Below, piece after piece: positions 1-10,462 of a stretch of 64,000 nt of DNA. The translations under genes were made by a program, and so were the position numbers. Location of the stretch: positions 3,421,860 through 3,485,859 of the forward strand of contig CAVTWI010000002.1 of the NCBI GenBank assembly GCA_963738345.1, given 5' to 3'. The notes beneath the pieces were generated by a model. The model ran no database searches. It had not been told where the DNA came from and saw nothing but the letters and a program-made list of their open reading frames with translations. The stretch's first letter is position 1, and each line of letters opens with the position of its first letter. This stretch comes from Bryobacterales bacterium (GTDB lineage: Bacteria > Acidobacteriota > Terriglobia > Bryobacterales > Bryobacteraceae).

Positions 1-336
1 CAAGGAGCACGCCAAGGTGGTGGCGGATGCGGGCGGAATCGTCGGGGTTTGGACGCATATGGCGGAATCGCTGGCGGACTTTGTGGGGAGCATCAAGGCG
101 ATGGTGGATGCGATTGGAATCGACCACGTGGGAATTGGTACGGATACGGATCTGCTGGCGTCGCGCGCGGGGGGGGAACGAATCGGGCGTATCCGGACCT
201 GACGCATGGGTTTTTCCCGGGCGTGGTGGCGGAGATGCTGCGGCAGGGCTTCAGCGGCGGGGAGGTTGTAAAAGTTGGCGGGGGGAATTACTGCCGCGTG
301 TTTGGTCAAGTTACGGCGGGGCATTCGGGAAGTTGA
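1..336 (+). CDS. membrane dipeptidase (peptidase M19) C-terminal fragment, partial at window edge; reading frame switches inside a run of 8 G at ~169-176
   Basis: Frame 1 (17..202) ends ...IGIDHVGIGTDTDLLASRAGGERIGRIRT*; the +1 frame (49..336) continues ...YPDLTHGFFPGVVAEMLRQGFSGGEVVKVGGGNYCRVFGQV, the typical M19 dipeptidase C-terminus. The junction is the gggggggg run. Confidence 0.55.
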   Translation, partial: QGARQGGGGCGRNRRGLDAYGGIAGGLCGEHQGDGGCDWNRPRGNWYGYGSAGVARGGGTNRAYPDLTHGFFPGVVAEMLRQGFSGGEVVKVGGGNYCRVFGQVTAGHSGS

Positions 337-388
337 CGCGGGCCCAGTACTGTAAGTGGCGAAAATATTCGCTGGATCGCGCGAGTAA

Positions 389-1642
389 GTGTACCTTAGT
401 GGGATCGGGGTGCATTTTGTGAAACGGATCATTGACGCGTGTCTTATCCTTTACGTGGCGGCACCGGCGGTTCTATTTGGACAGAGCTTCAACACTTTGG
501 TCAAGTTCGATTATGCGGACGGAGCCAACCCCAAAGCGGGGATGATTGCTGGAACCGACGGCAACTTATACGGGACCACCTTCAATGGCGGGGCGCAGCA
601 GTACGGGACGGTCTTTAAGATTAACCCGGAGGGCGCGCTCACGACGGTGTACAGCTTCTGCTCACTAAGCGGATGTTTAGACGGCGCCGGGCCTTCGGCG
701 AGCCTGGTCGAAGCCGCGAATGGGGACTTTTACGGGACGACTGCGTACGGCGGCGCGAACTGTGCGGACACTCCGTTTTATGGATGCGGGACGATTTTCA
801 AGATCACTTCGAGCGGGATCCTCACGACCCTTTACGATTTCTGCTCCCAAAGCCAATGTAGCGACGGCAGTGCTTCCAATTCGCAGGGTGGATTAGTGCA
901 GGCCGCCAACGGAGACTTGTACGGAACAACTGACAGTGGGGGGGCTAACGGGACAGGGACAGTGTACAAGATCACGCCAAGCGGCACTTTCACCACGCTA
1001 TACAACTTCTGCTCGAAACCCGGATGTGCGGACGGCGCAGCCCCCGACTCAGGACTGATACAGGCCGCCGATGGGTATCTATATGGGACAACGGCGGGGG
1101 GCGGCGCCGCATCTTATGGGACGGTTTTTAAGATCACTCCGAATGGCTTGCTGACTACGCTTTATAGCTTCTGTTCCGAGAGCGGATGCGTGGATGGCGA
1201 AGCGCCGGCGGCTAGCCTGGTGCAGGGCGCGGATGGGGACTTCTATGGGACCACGCAGTTTGGTGGAGCGGTCTGTATACGTAACGGCTCGGGCTGCGGG
1301 ACTGTCTTCAAAATCACCCCGCGTGGAAAGCTGACCACGCTGTACCGTTTCTGCGCCAGTGGCGAGTGCGGCGGTGGCTTAGGTCCCACAGCGGCGATGA
1401 TCGCGGGCACGGACGGTAACCTGTACGGAACCACGAGCGGGGACCGCTATAATGCGGGCACGGTCTTCAAAATCACGCCAACGGGTGCACTGACGACCTT
1501 ATATAAGTTCTGTTCCGAGAGCCTGTGCTTGGACGGGTACCAACCCCAGGCGCTGGTCCAAGGTGCGAGTGGGGCATTGTACGGGACCACGTATTATGGC
1601 GGGGACAGGGATGCGGGAACGGTCTTCCGCTTGTTACCCTAG
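389..1642 (+). CDS. choice-of-anchor tandem repeat GloVer-containing (Gloeo_Verruco repeat) protein
   Basis: About 9 tandem units of ...YGTT..GG....GTVFKITP.G.LTTLY.FC.....C.DG..P...L; N-terminal hydrophobic segment. Confidence 0.75.
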   Translation: MYLSGIGVHFVKRIIDACLILYVAAPAVLFGQSFNTLVKFDYADGANPKAGMIAGTDGNLYGTTFNGGAQQYGTVFKINPEGALTTVYSFCSLSGCLDGAGPSASLVEAANGDFYGTTAYGGANCADTPFYGCGTIFKITSSGILTTLYDFCSQSQCSDGSASNSQGGLVQAANGDLYGTTDSGGANGTGTVYKITPSGTFTTLYNFCSKPGCADGAAPDSGLIQAADGYLYGTTAGGGAASYGTVFKITPNGLLTTLYSFCSESGCVDGEAPAASLVQGADGDFYGTTQFGGAVCIRNGSGCGTVFKITPRGKLTTLYRFCASGECGGGLGPTAAMIAGTDGNLYGTTSGDRYNAGTVFKITPTGALTTLYKFCSESLCLDGYQPQALVQGASGALYGTTYYGGDRDAGTVFRLLP

Positions 1643-2310
1643 GCGCGCGCCGAGAACTGCGACGGGCCCGCGCCGCCAGAAACATTCGGCGTGTGCGAAG
1701 CCGGCCTGGGCCATGGTCAACAGTTCCTCGCGGACCGAGAAATAGGTATCTTCGGCGGCCCAATCGTCCAGATTGCGGTAACCCTGATCGAGAGTGAAAC
1801 CCTGAGTAGACATGAAGGCGGCCCACTGGTCGCGCAGGGAGGGCCAGAAGGGGCCGGCGGCGGCGTCATTATTCAAGAAGGCGCCGCCCGGGCCTCGCGG
1901 ATGAGGCGGTAGACTTTGGCCTTTTCTTCCAGGGTGGAAATGTGGTGAAGGGCGAAAGCGGCGAGGACGGCGTGCACGGGCGGCAAAGGATCGGCGAAGG
2001 AAGCGAGACTGAGTTCGACGCGGCCGGCAAAGGGGGCGAGGCGAGATTGAGCCACGGCGAGCATGTCGGGATCGATGTCGCGCACCAATACGGACACTTG
2101 CGGGAAGCGGTGCAGGATGGCTTCGGCAAGGGATCCGGTACCGCCGCCGAGGTCGACGATGCGGGCGTCCGGCGGAAGTTGGGCGGCGGCGAGAAGGTCA
2201 AGTTGCACTTCGCGGCTTTCATCGTAGTGCGGGATGTAGGTGCGGATGATGCGGTCGTAGGCGGCGGTATCGAGGCGCAGATGCGAGGATACGGAGTGTT
2301 CGCTTTGCAT
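1634..2310 (-). pseudogene. class I SAM-dependent methyltransferase, apparently split by a 1-nt frameshift near 1875
   Basis: ORF 1873..2310 carries the SAM-binding motif VDLGGGTGSLAEAIL followed by VRDIDPDML and ends AAPS*. ORF 1634..1876 (TTG start, NNDAAAGPFWPSLRDQW...) continues a methyltransferase-sized C-terminus; 145+80 aa is about 225 aa, a normal MTase length. Confidence 0.5.
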
Positions 2311-2313
2311 CGG

Positions 2314-5300
2314 CTAGCGTGCCTCGGATCGCACTACTGTGACAGGTCCCAACAAGCCTGACGGCAAGAGTGGAGAAGTTGCCTTATACGGCGTGACATC
2401 GGTAAACGTGATCTTTGTGGCGCCCGGCTGTTGATCTCCGATGAGCCGGTTCACCCATGCATTCACAACTGTTATTTGGATTTCGTTATTTCCGGGTTTC
2501 AGTGCGGAAGTCACATCGAGGCGGTAGGGGGCGTGCCATGCTTCGCCCACCGCTTTACCGTTCACCGTGACCACTGCGAGGTTCTTCACATCGCCGAGGT
2601 CGAGCGAGAGACGGGTTCCCTTTGCGAAGCACTCAGGCGCGGCCTGGAAGGTATTGGTATAAGTTGCGATTCCCGAGAAGTACTTCACACCAGGGTCCGT
2701 GTTTTGAGACCAGTCTGAAAGCTGATTTAGGGTGGCGGAAGCGGGGGCACCTCGACCGGACTCGAAGGCGACCACCCAGTTCCCCGTGACAGTCGCAAGG
2801 CTGGTCTCACGGGCCGCGATTATTGAGTGAGCAGTTGCCGCGGCGCGTATATCGAACACCACGAATACGGTTCCCCAGGGCTCGAGGCGAAGAGGCACAG
2901 TGGTGCGGCCGCCTGTGATTTTGAACGAAACGGGCTCCGCGGCGCCTGTCTCAGCGTGCCACAGTTCGGGTTGCTTTCCGGCTACGCGAAACGTTGCGTC
3001 GAGTGAGACTGGCTGGTCGCTGCGGTTATCGACGAAATAGATGTCACCGGCAGTCAGTTTGCGATGCACAAACTCAATCGCTAAATTAGCGTCGTGCCGG
3101 GCGTAGTCAAAGTCAGGTTTCAGATTCAGGGCAGACACAACGTTGCTCGCCTTTTGTCCAGCATACACAGTTCCCTTCCCCACGCGATGCACGCCCGAGC
3201 CATCGCCAAACAGATCCGATGAAAGTTTCACGAACTCAGCTTGATCATCGGCTTCGCTGGGATCATCGGTGGGCTTCGGACCGCCTATCACTGCCCCATC
3301 CGCCACCAGTTTGTGAATGGCGCGAAGCACGGGTAGTGACATGTGGCGGCTGTTCGAATCGAGCGCGAGCAGTTTGTATTGCATGCCGCCTTTGGTGACG
3401 ATTTGTCCGTTCGTGACGCGCAGTTCATGGATGAGAGCATCGGCGTTGACGTAATCAAACGCATAGCCCGCGGGCACATCTGGCGCCTTTCCGCCGAACA
3501 ACGCCGTGAGGTTGGAATCCTCACCGTAGAAATAGATTACGTCGGCGCCGAAGCGGCCTTGCTGCAGAAGGTAGCTCGAGCGCGCGAGGTAATCGATCCA
3601 GGGACGGGCTTGTTCGGCCCAGGTCTCGTTACGGTTAAACCATTGCCCGAAAGGGCCAAGCGTGAGTCCGGGAAGCTTGCCTGTTAGCGGCTGATGAGTC
3701 GACTCATGGATTACAAAACGATTGACTCCGTTCAGCAGTTCCGCGTCGGCAGTGGGTTTCAGCGTGGCCGGCGACCAGGCCCACGCCGCGACTCCGGAAG
3801 CAGTCATAGATTCCGCCGCTACCAGATTCTGCCCGTAGATGTGGGCGACGGAGGCCGATTCACGAATGTCGGCGTTGGCGGTGTACTGTATCTTGTTCAC
3901 GCCGGGGAGTTGGGTCCACATGGCGCTCATCGGCACTTCGTTGAACTTTTTCACCTCCATGCCATCGGCCACGAATGCGCGGCCGCCCTCGTGAGATTCT
4001 CCGTAATGCCCCATTCCACGTTCATGTAAGGTGGCTTCTAACTGGCCGTAGTGCTCGTTGGCGATGAGGTCGGCGATGGTCTTTCGGAGATCCCAAAGAA
4101 AACGATCGCTGGCTTCGCCGCTTTCCACGACGCGTCCGGTCAACACAGGCAGCCACGGCTTGGGGTCGTATCCACGGAGCGTTTTGAATTGCGCGAGCAT
4201 GTTGTCGGTCCAGTTCTGGGAACCGGCCTCCCAACTGTCGTTAATCACATAACGTATGCCGCGCTTGCCCATCCAGCCGGCGCCGACGGCGTCTTTGTAG
4301 CTGTCGAGGTACTTCTCAAAGTAGTCCTTTACGAACCGCCGATCAAGCTTATCCACTTCAAGGCCGGTCGCCTCAGGTGTGGCAGGGTGGTTCGTGATTC
4401 CGAGCAGAGAATAGCCGATGCGTAGGACCATCCAGCGACCCTCTGTCGGTGTCCAGTCCAGTGTGCCGTCGGGCCGCATCTTTGCGGTCAAATCGATTAC
4501 TTCGGATTTCCTGATGGCATTTGAGGCGTCGACGGGCGGAGTCGGGTATTGATACAAGTTGCTCTCGGGCACAAACGCGGCCTTTTCTTCGAAGCGGTTG
4601 ACGCGCGCATCGGAATGCAGAACCAATTCTGCGATCCTGTACGCCTTCGCCGCTTTGGAAGGATCGATACCGAAGGAATCGGGCGTTGACCCTTCGGCCC
4701 AGAAAGGTATGGGCGGGGCTGGTGTGGGGGTGAACGTGACCCGGAAGTATTTTGCCTTGACTGGCGCGAAGGAGGCAGTATGTTCGGGCATTTCGCCACC
4801 GGGCAAACTGGCGACCTTGCGGAAGTTCCGGCCGTCTTCGCTGGCCTCCAGCGTTTTTTGGGGAGCCCCGACGCCGGTGAGGGCAGCTTCCAGTTCTCCA
4901 GGATCCCGGGTGACATAAGTGACTGCGCGAATGGTACGCGCGGACGGGTATTCAAACTGGATCCAAGACACAGATCCAGGTTCGGGGACGGGTAGGTTCG
5001 TGGATTTGGTCAGATCACCATCACTAAGCATGGCGCTATTCAACTCGCCACCGCTGGTGGTGATTTTCGCCGGCACTGAGTCGCTTGCGTCCCCCGCGGG
5101 TACGCGGAATGCGACCACGGCCGCATCCGCATAGAATTGCGGAGTGTGATCCGCCGTGCCGGCCCCCGACGCTATGTTCTGAAAAGGGCCCGTGACGGTA
5201 GGCGGCGATGATAGTTTGCCCGCGAACGGTTTCCCGCCCTCGACCAGAGTTTCACTCCAGACGTATTTCTTCATTCCTTGCGACGGTGGTACCCAAGGGC

Positions 5301-5685
5301 CGCCCGACTCGCTCCAACCCGGAGAGCCGGCAATGGCCATCTCCATTCCGAACTGGTCGCCGATGCTGATCGCGTACTTGAATGCGTCCTTCCACTCCGG
5401 CGTCATATATACAAGCCGCTTTTCCACTACCTGCGGGGTGGAGAGGGCCGCGTCGAAGTTCTGGAAGCCGGCGATCCCAATGCGATGCATCCACTCGAGG
5501 TCGAGTTTGATGCCTTCCCGGGTGATGTTGCCATTCATCCAGTGCCACCAAACCAGCGGGCGCGCTGCGTTGGGGGGATTTTGAAAACCCTTCTTCAGCG
5601 CGTCATTAGTAATTTGGCCCATCGCGATACCGGCGAGGGAAAGAATGCCGAGAGCGGCAGGGAGAACGGTGCTCGCTTTACTCAT
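2314..5685 (-). CDS. large secreted glycoside hydrolase (~1120 aa), GH106 (alpha-L-rhamnosidase)-like / 'GH2 sugar-binding' type with C-terminal galactose-binding-like domain
   Basis: Signal peptide [24 protein letters not shown] (start moved to internal ATG ~5685 because the 5826 start overlaps the ankyrin gene). Conserved [34 protein letters not shown] block. Family is assigned from memory of this motif and is uncertain. Confidence 0.6.
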   Translation of the reverse strand: MSKASTVLPAALGILSLAGIAMGQITNDALKKGFQNPPNAARPLVWWHWMNGNITREGIKLDLEWMHRIGIAGFQNFDAALSTPQVVEKRLVYMTPEWKDAFKYAISIGDQFGMEMAIAGSPGWSESGGPWVPPSQGMKKYVWSETLVEGGKPFAGKLSSPPTVTGPFQNIASGAGTADHTPQFYADAAVVAFRVPAGDASDSVPAKITTSGGELNSAMLSDGDLTKSTNLPVPEPGSVSWIQFEYPSARTIRAVTYVTRDPGELEAALTGVGAPQKTLEASEDGRNFRKVASLPGGEMPEHTASFAPVKAKYFRVTFTPTPAPPIPFWAEGSTPDSFGIDPSKAAKAYRIAELVLHSDARVNRFEEKAAFVPESNLYQYPTPPVDASNAIRKSEVIDLTAKMRPDGTLDWTPTEGRWMVLRIGYSLLGITNHPATPEATGLEVDKLDRRFVKDYFEKYLDSYKDAVGAGWMGKRGIRYVINDSWEAGSQNWTDNMLAQFKTLRGYDPKPWLPVLTGRVVESGEASDRFLWDLRKTIADLIANEHYGQLEATLHERGMGHYGESHEGGRAFVADGMEVKKFNEVPMSAMWTQLPGVNKIQYTANADIRESASVAHIYGQNLVAAESMTASGVAAWAWSPATLKPTADAELLNGVNRFVIHESTHQPLTGKLPGLTLGPFGQWFNRNETWAEQARPWIDYLARSSYLLQQGRFGADVIYFYGEDSNLTALFGGKAPDVPAGYAFDYVNADALIHELRVTNGQIVTKGGMQYKLLALDSNSRHMSLPVLRAIHKLVADGAVIGGPKPTDDPSEADDQAEFVKLSSDLFGDGSGVHRVGKGTVYAGQKASNVVSALNLKPDFDYARHDANLAIEFVHRKLTAGDIYFVDNRSDQPVSLDATFRVAGKQPELWHAETGAAEPVSFKITGGRTTVPLRLEPWGTVFVVFDIRAAATAHSIIAARETSLATVTGNWVVAFESGRGAPASATLNQLSDWSQNTDPGVKYFSGIATYTNTFQAAPECFAKGTRLSLDLGDVKNLAVVTVNGKAVGEAWHAPYRLDVTSALKPGNNEIQITVVNAWVNRLIGDQQPGATKITFTDVTPYKATSPLLPSGLLGPVTVVRSEAR

Positions 5686-5946
5686 AAGATTTTCTGCGCG
5701 CAGTCCGGTGCCACTGAATTTCGGCTCGTGGACGACGCACGCGCGAATTCGGAGGAGTCGCCAGCTCAGTGTAACGTACATCTCTGGGGGTGATTGAAAA
5801 ACGGTCAAGTTTTGGTAGACTGGCATAGACGCGCGCAGGGCGCGTCCTGTCCGCGGAAAGGGCCGCGCCCACCTGATTTTGGAGAGTCATTCCGAGTTGA
5901 CCCTCTTTCGCCTGTCATGCGGACCAGGCATACGAAGGAGGCAGTC

Positions 5947-7422
5947 ATGAATCTTGATCAACAGAAGAAGCAGGCGCGTGAATTGTTGCGGGCGATTCGT
6001 GCCGGAAACGAAGAAGCGCTTGCGCGTTTGCGGCGGCATCACGGCGGCTGGGTTGCGGCGGACGATGCCGGCATCCGGCAATTGGCGGCTTTGCACGACG
6101 CACAGTTGGTGATCGCGCGCGAACAAGGGTTCGCCAGTTGGCCGAAGTTGAAAGCCTATGCCGAGCCGTCGCCGCGGTCCGGGCACACGCGTTTGTTCGT
6201 AGCGGACGTGGCATGGATCGAGGCGCGGGTCGAGGGCTTGCTACGTACGCGGCTATCGGCCGGTCCGGCGGCGCTCGAACAGATTCGCGAATGGCATCCG
6301 GGCTTTGCGAATTCGACGCACGAAGAAATTCTCCAGGCACCGTTCAGCGAGGAAGACGCACGGCTGGTGTATGCGCGGGAGCACGGGTTCGAGGGTTGGG
6401 ACGATTTGGTCAGCCGGGTGGCGCTGCTGGCATCGAGAGACGGCCGAGACCCTGGCGAGCCTTTCATGGCGGCGTTTGGCGCGTTGGAATGCGGGGATGT
6501 GGAGGTTTTTGAGGCGTTATTGCGAGCGAATCCAAGGTTGGCGACGGAACGCGGGACCAACGGCAATACGCTGCTGAATCTGGCTGTCAGTTTGGCAGGC
6601 AAACCTGGGTGGAGAGGCGGTTTGTCGGCGATTGAGGCGCTGCTGGCGGCGGGTGCCGACGTGAATGATGCGAACGATCGCGGGTCTACGCCGCTGCATC
6701 AAGCGGCTTATGGCAACCAAGTGGAAGTTGCGGGTTTGCTGCTCGAGAGCGGCGCGGCGGTGGATGCCGAGGCGCACGGGGCGGGAGGCACTCCGCTGAT
6801 CACGGCGCTGTTCTGGGGACATCGCGAGATGGCGGATTTACTGGCACGCTACGGGGTGGCTCCCCACAACCTGCGCGCGGCGGCGGGGCTGGGCAATTCC
6901 GAACTGGTGGAAGCTTGTTTTAACGGCGAAGGCGGGCTGACAGCGGAGGCTGGGGCGGCGCGCGGATTCTACCGGCCGCACAGCGGGTTCCCGGACTGGC
7001 AGCCGTCGACGAAAGCGCAAGAGGTACTGGACGAGGCGTTGGTGTGGGCATGCAAGAGCAATCGCGTGGGCGTGCTGGAACGGTTGGTGCGCGGCGGGGC
7101 GCGGCTGGATGCCGACCCTTATCGGGGCACTCCGCTGATTTGGGCTGCGGCACGCAACCGCATGGATGCGGCCGCATGGTTGTTGAGTCGTAGGGCCAAC
7201 GTGAACCAGAAGGCGACGTTCGGCGGGTTGACGCATGGCCAGGGTATAACGGCGCTGCATATTGCCGCGCAAAATGGACATCTGGCGATGGTGAAGTTAC
7301 TGGTGGAAGGCGGGGCCGACCTGTCGATCGAGGATGATCTTTACAATGCCACGGCTGAGGGTGGCGCGCAGTATTTTGGGCGGACCGAGGTGCGCGACTA
7401 CCTGCATTCGCTGGGGGCGTAA
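5947..7422 (+). CDS. ankyrin-repeat protein
   Basis: Repeated G.TPLH.AA..G....V..LL..GA..N blocks (GSTPLHQAAYGNQVEVAGLLLESGAAVDA; GTPLIWAAARNRMDAAAWLLSRRANVN; ALHIAAQNGHLAMVKLLVEGGADL). Start chosen at ATG 5947, preceded by GAAGGAGG. Confidence 0.8.
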   Translation: MNLDQQKKQARELLRAIRAGNEEALARLRRHHGGWVAADDAGIRQLAALHDAQLVIAREQGFASWPKLKAYAEPSPRSGHTRLFVADVAWIEARVEGLLRTRLSAGPAALEQIREWHPGFANSTHEEILQAPFSEEDARLVYAREHGFEGWDDLVSRVALLASRDGRDPGEPFMAAFGALECGDVEVFEALLRANPRLATERGTNGNTLLNLAVSLAGKPGWRGGLSAIEALLAAGADVNDANDRGSTPLHQAAYGNQVEVAGLLLESGAAVDAEAHGAGGTPLITALFWGHREMADLLARYGVAPHNLRAAAGLGNSELVEACFNGEGGLTAEAGAARGFYRPHSGFPDWQPSTKAQEVLDEALVWACKSNRVGVLERLVRGGARLDADPYRGTPLIWAAARNRMDAAAWLLSRRANVNQKATFGGLTHGQGITALHIAAQNGHLAMVKLLVEGGADLSIEDDLYNATAEGGAQYFGRTEVRDYLHSLGA

Positions 7423-7849
7423 ACCAGCGGCTCGATCAACGGCGGTGCCGTCCCATGCGGACCAGCCCGCACGCTTGGACCATACCGGTTCGGGGTGCGC
7501 GAACCAAAGGGTGCCGCTGCCGATGAGCCGCTTTCCTTAATAACCGTGGGCGGCGAGTCAACGACACGGTCACGGTCTGGCGGCGCGGCGCGTTTTGGAC
7601 GACGCGCCGATGCCCCAGATGATGCCAAATGTCCATTGGATACACTGGTGCCGGCCAAGCCGGCTTCCACCACATGGCAAAGCCGCCGCACAGAAAGTCA
7701 GCGCGAAGCGGCACTAGGGTCGATCGCTAACATGGAGTGTCCGGTCCAATGTTACTTGAAACGGAGTGAGTGTGACTATTGCTGCGATTTCGATGTGCTT
7801 ATGACTTGGCGGCGGAAGGGCCGCACGCCGGGTGTCACTCGCGGTGAGC

Positions 7850-8275
7850 CTACAAACGGCTATCAAATTCCTGTCCGCCGGGCTGTGACCGGTTTGGCGA
7901 ATGCAGGACATCGTTTATCATTCGAACCAGTTTTTCGGGCACGAATGGCTTCTGAATGTAAGCCCATCCGTAGTTAAGGACCAGAAGGTTTCCATTCGCT
8001 CCGCCAGACATCAACATCACGGGTAACTCGGGCCTGGCTTTCTTCAATATTTCGCCCAAGTCCGGGCCGGACATGCCCGGCATCTCTACGTCGGATAGGA
8101 GAAGATCGATGGTCTGGTCATCCGCTTCGGCCAAAACCAGGGCATCGCGCGCGTTTTCCGCCGACAGGACGTTAAAGTTAGCACTCTTGAGTATCGCCAC
8201 CACGATTTGAAGAACTATCGGATTATCATCCACAACCAGGATGGTCTCGAGGGTTGAATTGTGCGGATTCTCCAT
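7850..8275 (-). CDS. single-domain response regulator receiver (CheY-like)
   Basis: ILVVDDNPIVLQIVVAILKS...DLLLSDVEMPGMSGPDLGEILKK; receiver Asp in LLSDVEMPG. Start at the second ATG (MENPHN), preceded by GGAAGGAAG. Confidence 0.75.
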   Translation of the reverse strand: MENPHNSTLETILVVDDNPIVLQIVVAILKSANFNVLSAENARDALVLAEADDQTIDLLLSDVEMPGMSGPDLGEILKKARPELPVMLMSGGANGNLLVLNYGWAYIQKPFVPEKLVRMINDVLHSPNRSQPGGQEFDSRL

Positions 8276-8320
8276 GGCTGCGGCTTCCTTCCATACTGGC
8301 CTACGTATAGCTAGAGGCAT

Positions 8321-8524
8321 TTGAGCAGCCTTACATATATTTTAATGAGATTTAATGACACTTAACGACATTTCAGATATTTCTTACCAGTTTATGATCG
8401 CCATAACGACACTGTTTCGACCAAATACGGTCATAGGGGTCATAGGGTCGATGCGCAAGCTGTTGAATTTGCCAGCACTCTTTTGTTGTAGACTTGATCC
8501 TAGTCTTTTACGCACGAGGAGGAT
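8321..8524. promoter_or_regulatory. AT-rich divergent intergenic region between response regulator (-) and NHL protein (+); contains direct repeat TCATAGGGGTCATAGGGTC (~8431-8449) and ATTTAATGA twice
   Basis: Local AT richness unusual for this window; GAGGAGG Shine-Dalgarno before the + gene. Confidence 0.4.
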
Positions 8525-10456
8525 GTGAAGGTGAAAGCAATCGGGATTCTAGGCATGGTTGTGACTCTGGCGGGCGGGCTGTCGGCGACGCAATACACTT
8601 ATAGTGACTCGGGTGGGGCTGTGACACAGACCAGTATCCTAACGATAACAGGCGCGGCGTGGGCAAATCCGGCCGGCACGATCTCGATGAGTTGTCCTCT
8701 GACTGAGACTACGCCACAGTATCCCTATTATTCGGAGTGGACGTGTGTGGGCGGGAGCCTGTCGGCGCAGTCGCGCGACGGTAAGACCAAAATACAAGGG
8801 TCATTCACTTCGGGCGTATTTACGCTGGACCGGAGCAGTTTGAGCGGGGGCACCTTTACATACGCGTTGTTCGCCAATTTTGCCGGGTCGCAGTCGATCA
8901 ACGGAAAGTCTACCGCGGTGATAGGAGCGGTGACTGAAACGCTGGCGCCGCTGAGCGGCTATCTGGGAACGGGGACGATCCAAAGCGGACTGATCGATGT
9001 GAGCCAGCAGCACGAGCCGATCTACATCGCGGACACAGGTAACAATCGGGTGGTCGTATCGGCGGACGCACTGGGTTCTAACTGGACGAGCCTGGGCAAG
9101 GCAGGGTCGGGCGCGAAGCAGTTCTCGCAGCCATGGGGCATCGCACTGGACTCGGCGGGAAAAATCTATGTTTCCGACAGCGGGAATTGCCGCGTTGTGC
9201 GGGTGGACAATATATCGGGCGCGAACTGGACATCGTTCGGCGGGTGTGGTTCGGGCGCGGGCGAGTTTTCGAATCCGCAAGGCTTGTGGGTAGATGCGAA
9301 CGGGAAGATCTATGTGGCCGACACCGGGAACAACCGCATTGTGCGCATGGACGATATGAGCGGGACGAACTTTTTGGCGCTGGGGACGCTGGGCAATGGC
9401 GCCAACCAGTTCCATTCGCCGGCCGCAGTGACCACCGACGCCGCGGGGAACATCTACGTGGCCGACAACGTGAATGCGCGGGTGGCGGAGTTTGCCGATA
9501 TGACCGGCGCGAATTGGGCGGTGCTGCAGTTTCCGGTAGGCTACCTGACACCGGATGGGGTGGCGGTGGATGCGACGAATCGGATCTACGTAACAGATTC
9601 GCTGCAGAGCCAGGTGGTACGGACCGACAACATTACTGGGGCGGACGAGGTTTTCCTGAACGCCAATGGGGCGACCTCGATCGGGATGTTCCGCAATCCT
9701 TCGGGCATTTTCGTAGATCCGGACGACGCCATTTATCTGGCCGATACGGGCGACAACCGCGTGCTGCGCTTTTTCGATATGAGTTATAGCTATGAGGAGG
9801 AACTGGGGACGCTGGGAAGCGGTGTCCACAACCTGAACCAACCGCACGGCATCGCAGTGATGCCGGTGACGAAATCGGTGGCAGTGGCGGCGGTGAATCC
9901 GCCCAGCCTGGCTTTTCCGACGCAGGTGGTGGGTAGCGAAGGTCCGGCGGAGAGCGCGGTGCTGACCAATATCGGGAGCAAGGCATTCGAGATCACGAGC
10001 GTGACTTCGTCGCTGGCGGACTTTGCGCAAACAAATAATTGTCCGACGTCGCTTGCCGGGGGGCAATCGTGCACCGCAACGATCGACTTTCAACCCTCCA
10101 GCGGCGGGGTGCGCAAGGGGTCGGTGGCATTCACCTTGGCAGGAGCGCCGTCGAAGTCAGTCACACTGAGCGGGAGCGGCGCGCTGGTGGCGCTGTCGAT
10201 GAAGGTGCTGATTATGTTCGAAGGCCAGCCGGGGATGGTTACGGTGAGCAACCCGTTGCAGACGCCGACCACCCTGAAGTCAATCAAGGTGGCAGGATCG
10301 GCCTTTTCACAGACCAATAACTGCGGGACGATCGCACCGGGTGGGAGTTGCCAGATCACGGTGCACTTCCTTTACACCGGGCTTCCGGTGACGGGGACGC
10401 TGACGGTAACGGATAGCTCGGGGACGCCGCAGTACGTTTCACTGACGGGAGAGTAG
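8525..10456 (+). CDS. secreted NHL-repeat beta-propeller protein with C-terminal choice-of-anchor D (Ig-like) domains
   Basis: Six or more NHL-like repeats (IYIADTGNNRVVV, IYVSDSGNCRVVRVD, IYVADTGNNRIVRMD, IYVADNVNARVAEF, IYVTDSLQSQVVRTD, IYLADTGDNRVLRF). C-terminus has NNCPTSLAGGQSCTATIDFQPSSGG / NNCGTIAPGGSCQITVHF, typical of choice-of-anchor D. Confidence 0.7.
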   Translation: MKVKAIGILGMVVTLAGGLSATQYTYSDSGGAVTQTSILTITGAAWANPAGTISMSCPLTETTPQYPYYSEWTCVGGSLSAQSRDGKTKIQGSFTSGVFTLDRSSLSGGTFTYALFANFAGSQSINGKSTAVIGAVTETLAPLSGYLGTGTIQSGLIDVSQQHEPIYIADTGNNRVVVSADALGSNWTSLGKAGSGAKQFSQPWGIALDSAGKIYVSDSGNCRVVRVDNISGANWTSFGGCGSGAGEFSNPQGLWVDANGKIYVADTGNNRIVRMDDMSGTNFLALGTLGNGANQFHSPAAVTTDAAGNIYVADNVNARVAEFADMTGANWAVLQFPVGYLTPDGVAVDATNRIYVTDSLQSQVVRTDNITGADEVFLNANGATSIGMFRNPSGIFVDPDDAIYLADTGDNRVLRFFDMSYSYEEELGTLGSGVHNLNQPHGIAVMPVTKSVAVAAVNPPSLAFPTQVVGSEGPAESAVLTNIGSKAFEITSVTSSLADFAQTNNCPTSLAGGQSCTATIDFQPSSGGVRKGSVAFTLAGAPSKSVTLSGSGALVALSMKVLIMFEGQPGMVTVSNPLQTPTTLKSIKVAGSAFSQTNNCGTIAPGGSCQITVHFLYTGLPVTGTLTVTDSSGTPQYVSLTGE

Positions 10457-10462
10457 GCGTTG

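Noticed and set aside
5794-5946. Upstream extension of the ankyrin gene (start at 5794).
   Set aside because: It overlaps the 3' end of the convergent glycoside hydrolase gene and lacks an RBS. The ATG at 5947 is preceded by GAAGGAGG and begins the conserved region.
7423-7849. 427-bp convergent intergenic gap with small ORFs (7495-7977, 7436-7714) and a GGTTCG-N7-CGAACC hairpin near 7480-7500.
   Set aside because: ORF translations are low-complexity and mutually overlapping. No tRNA-like T-arm or other recognisable ncRNA signature was seen, so this is left as probable terminator/spacer.
8801-10093. 430-aa ORF on the minus strand inside the NHL-repeat gene. Similar long antisense ORFs occur at 11996-13096, 14512-15537, 14892-15578, 36742-37512, 37867-38571, 40771-41937 and 24015-24773.
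   Set aside because: Arg/Pro/His-rich low-complexity translations typical of antisense frames in high-GC DNA. Each lies entirely within a well-supported gene on the other strand that has clear domain signatures.
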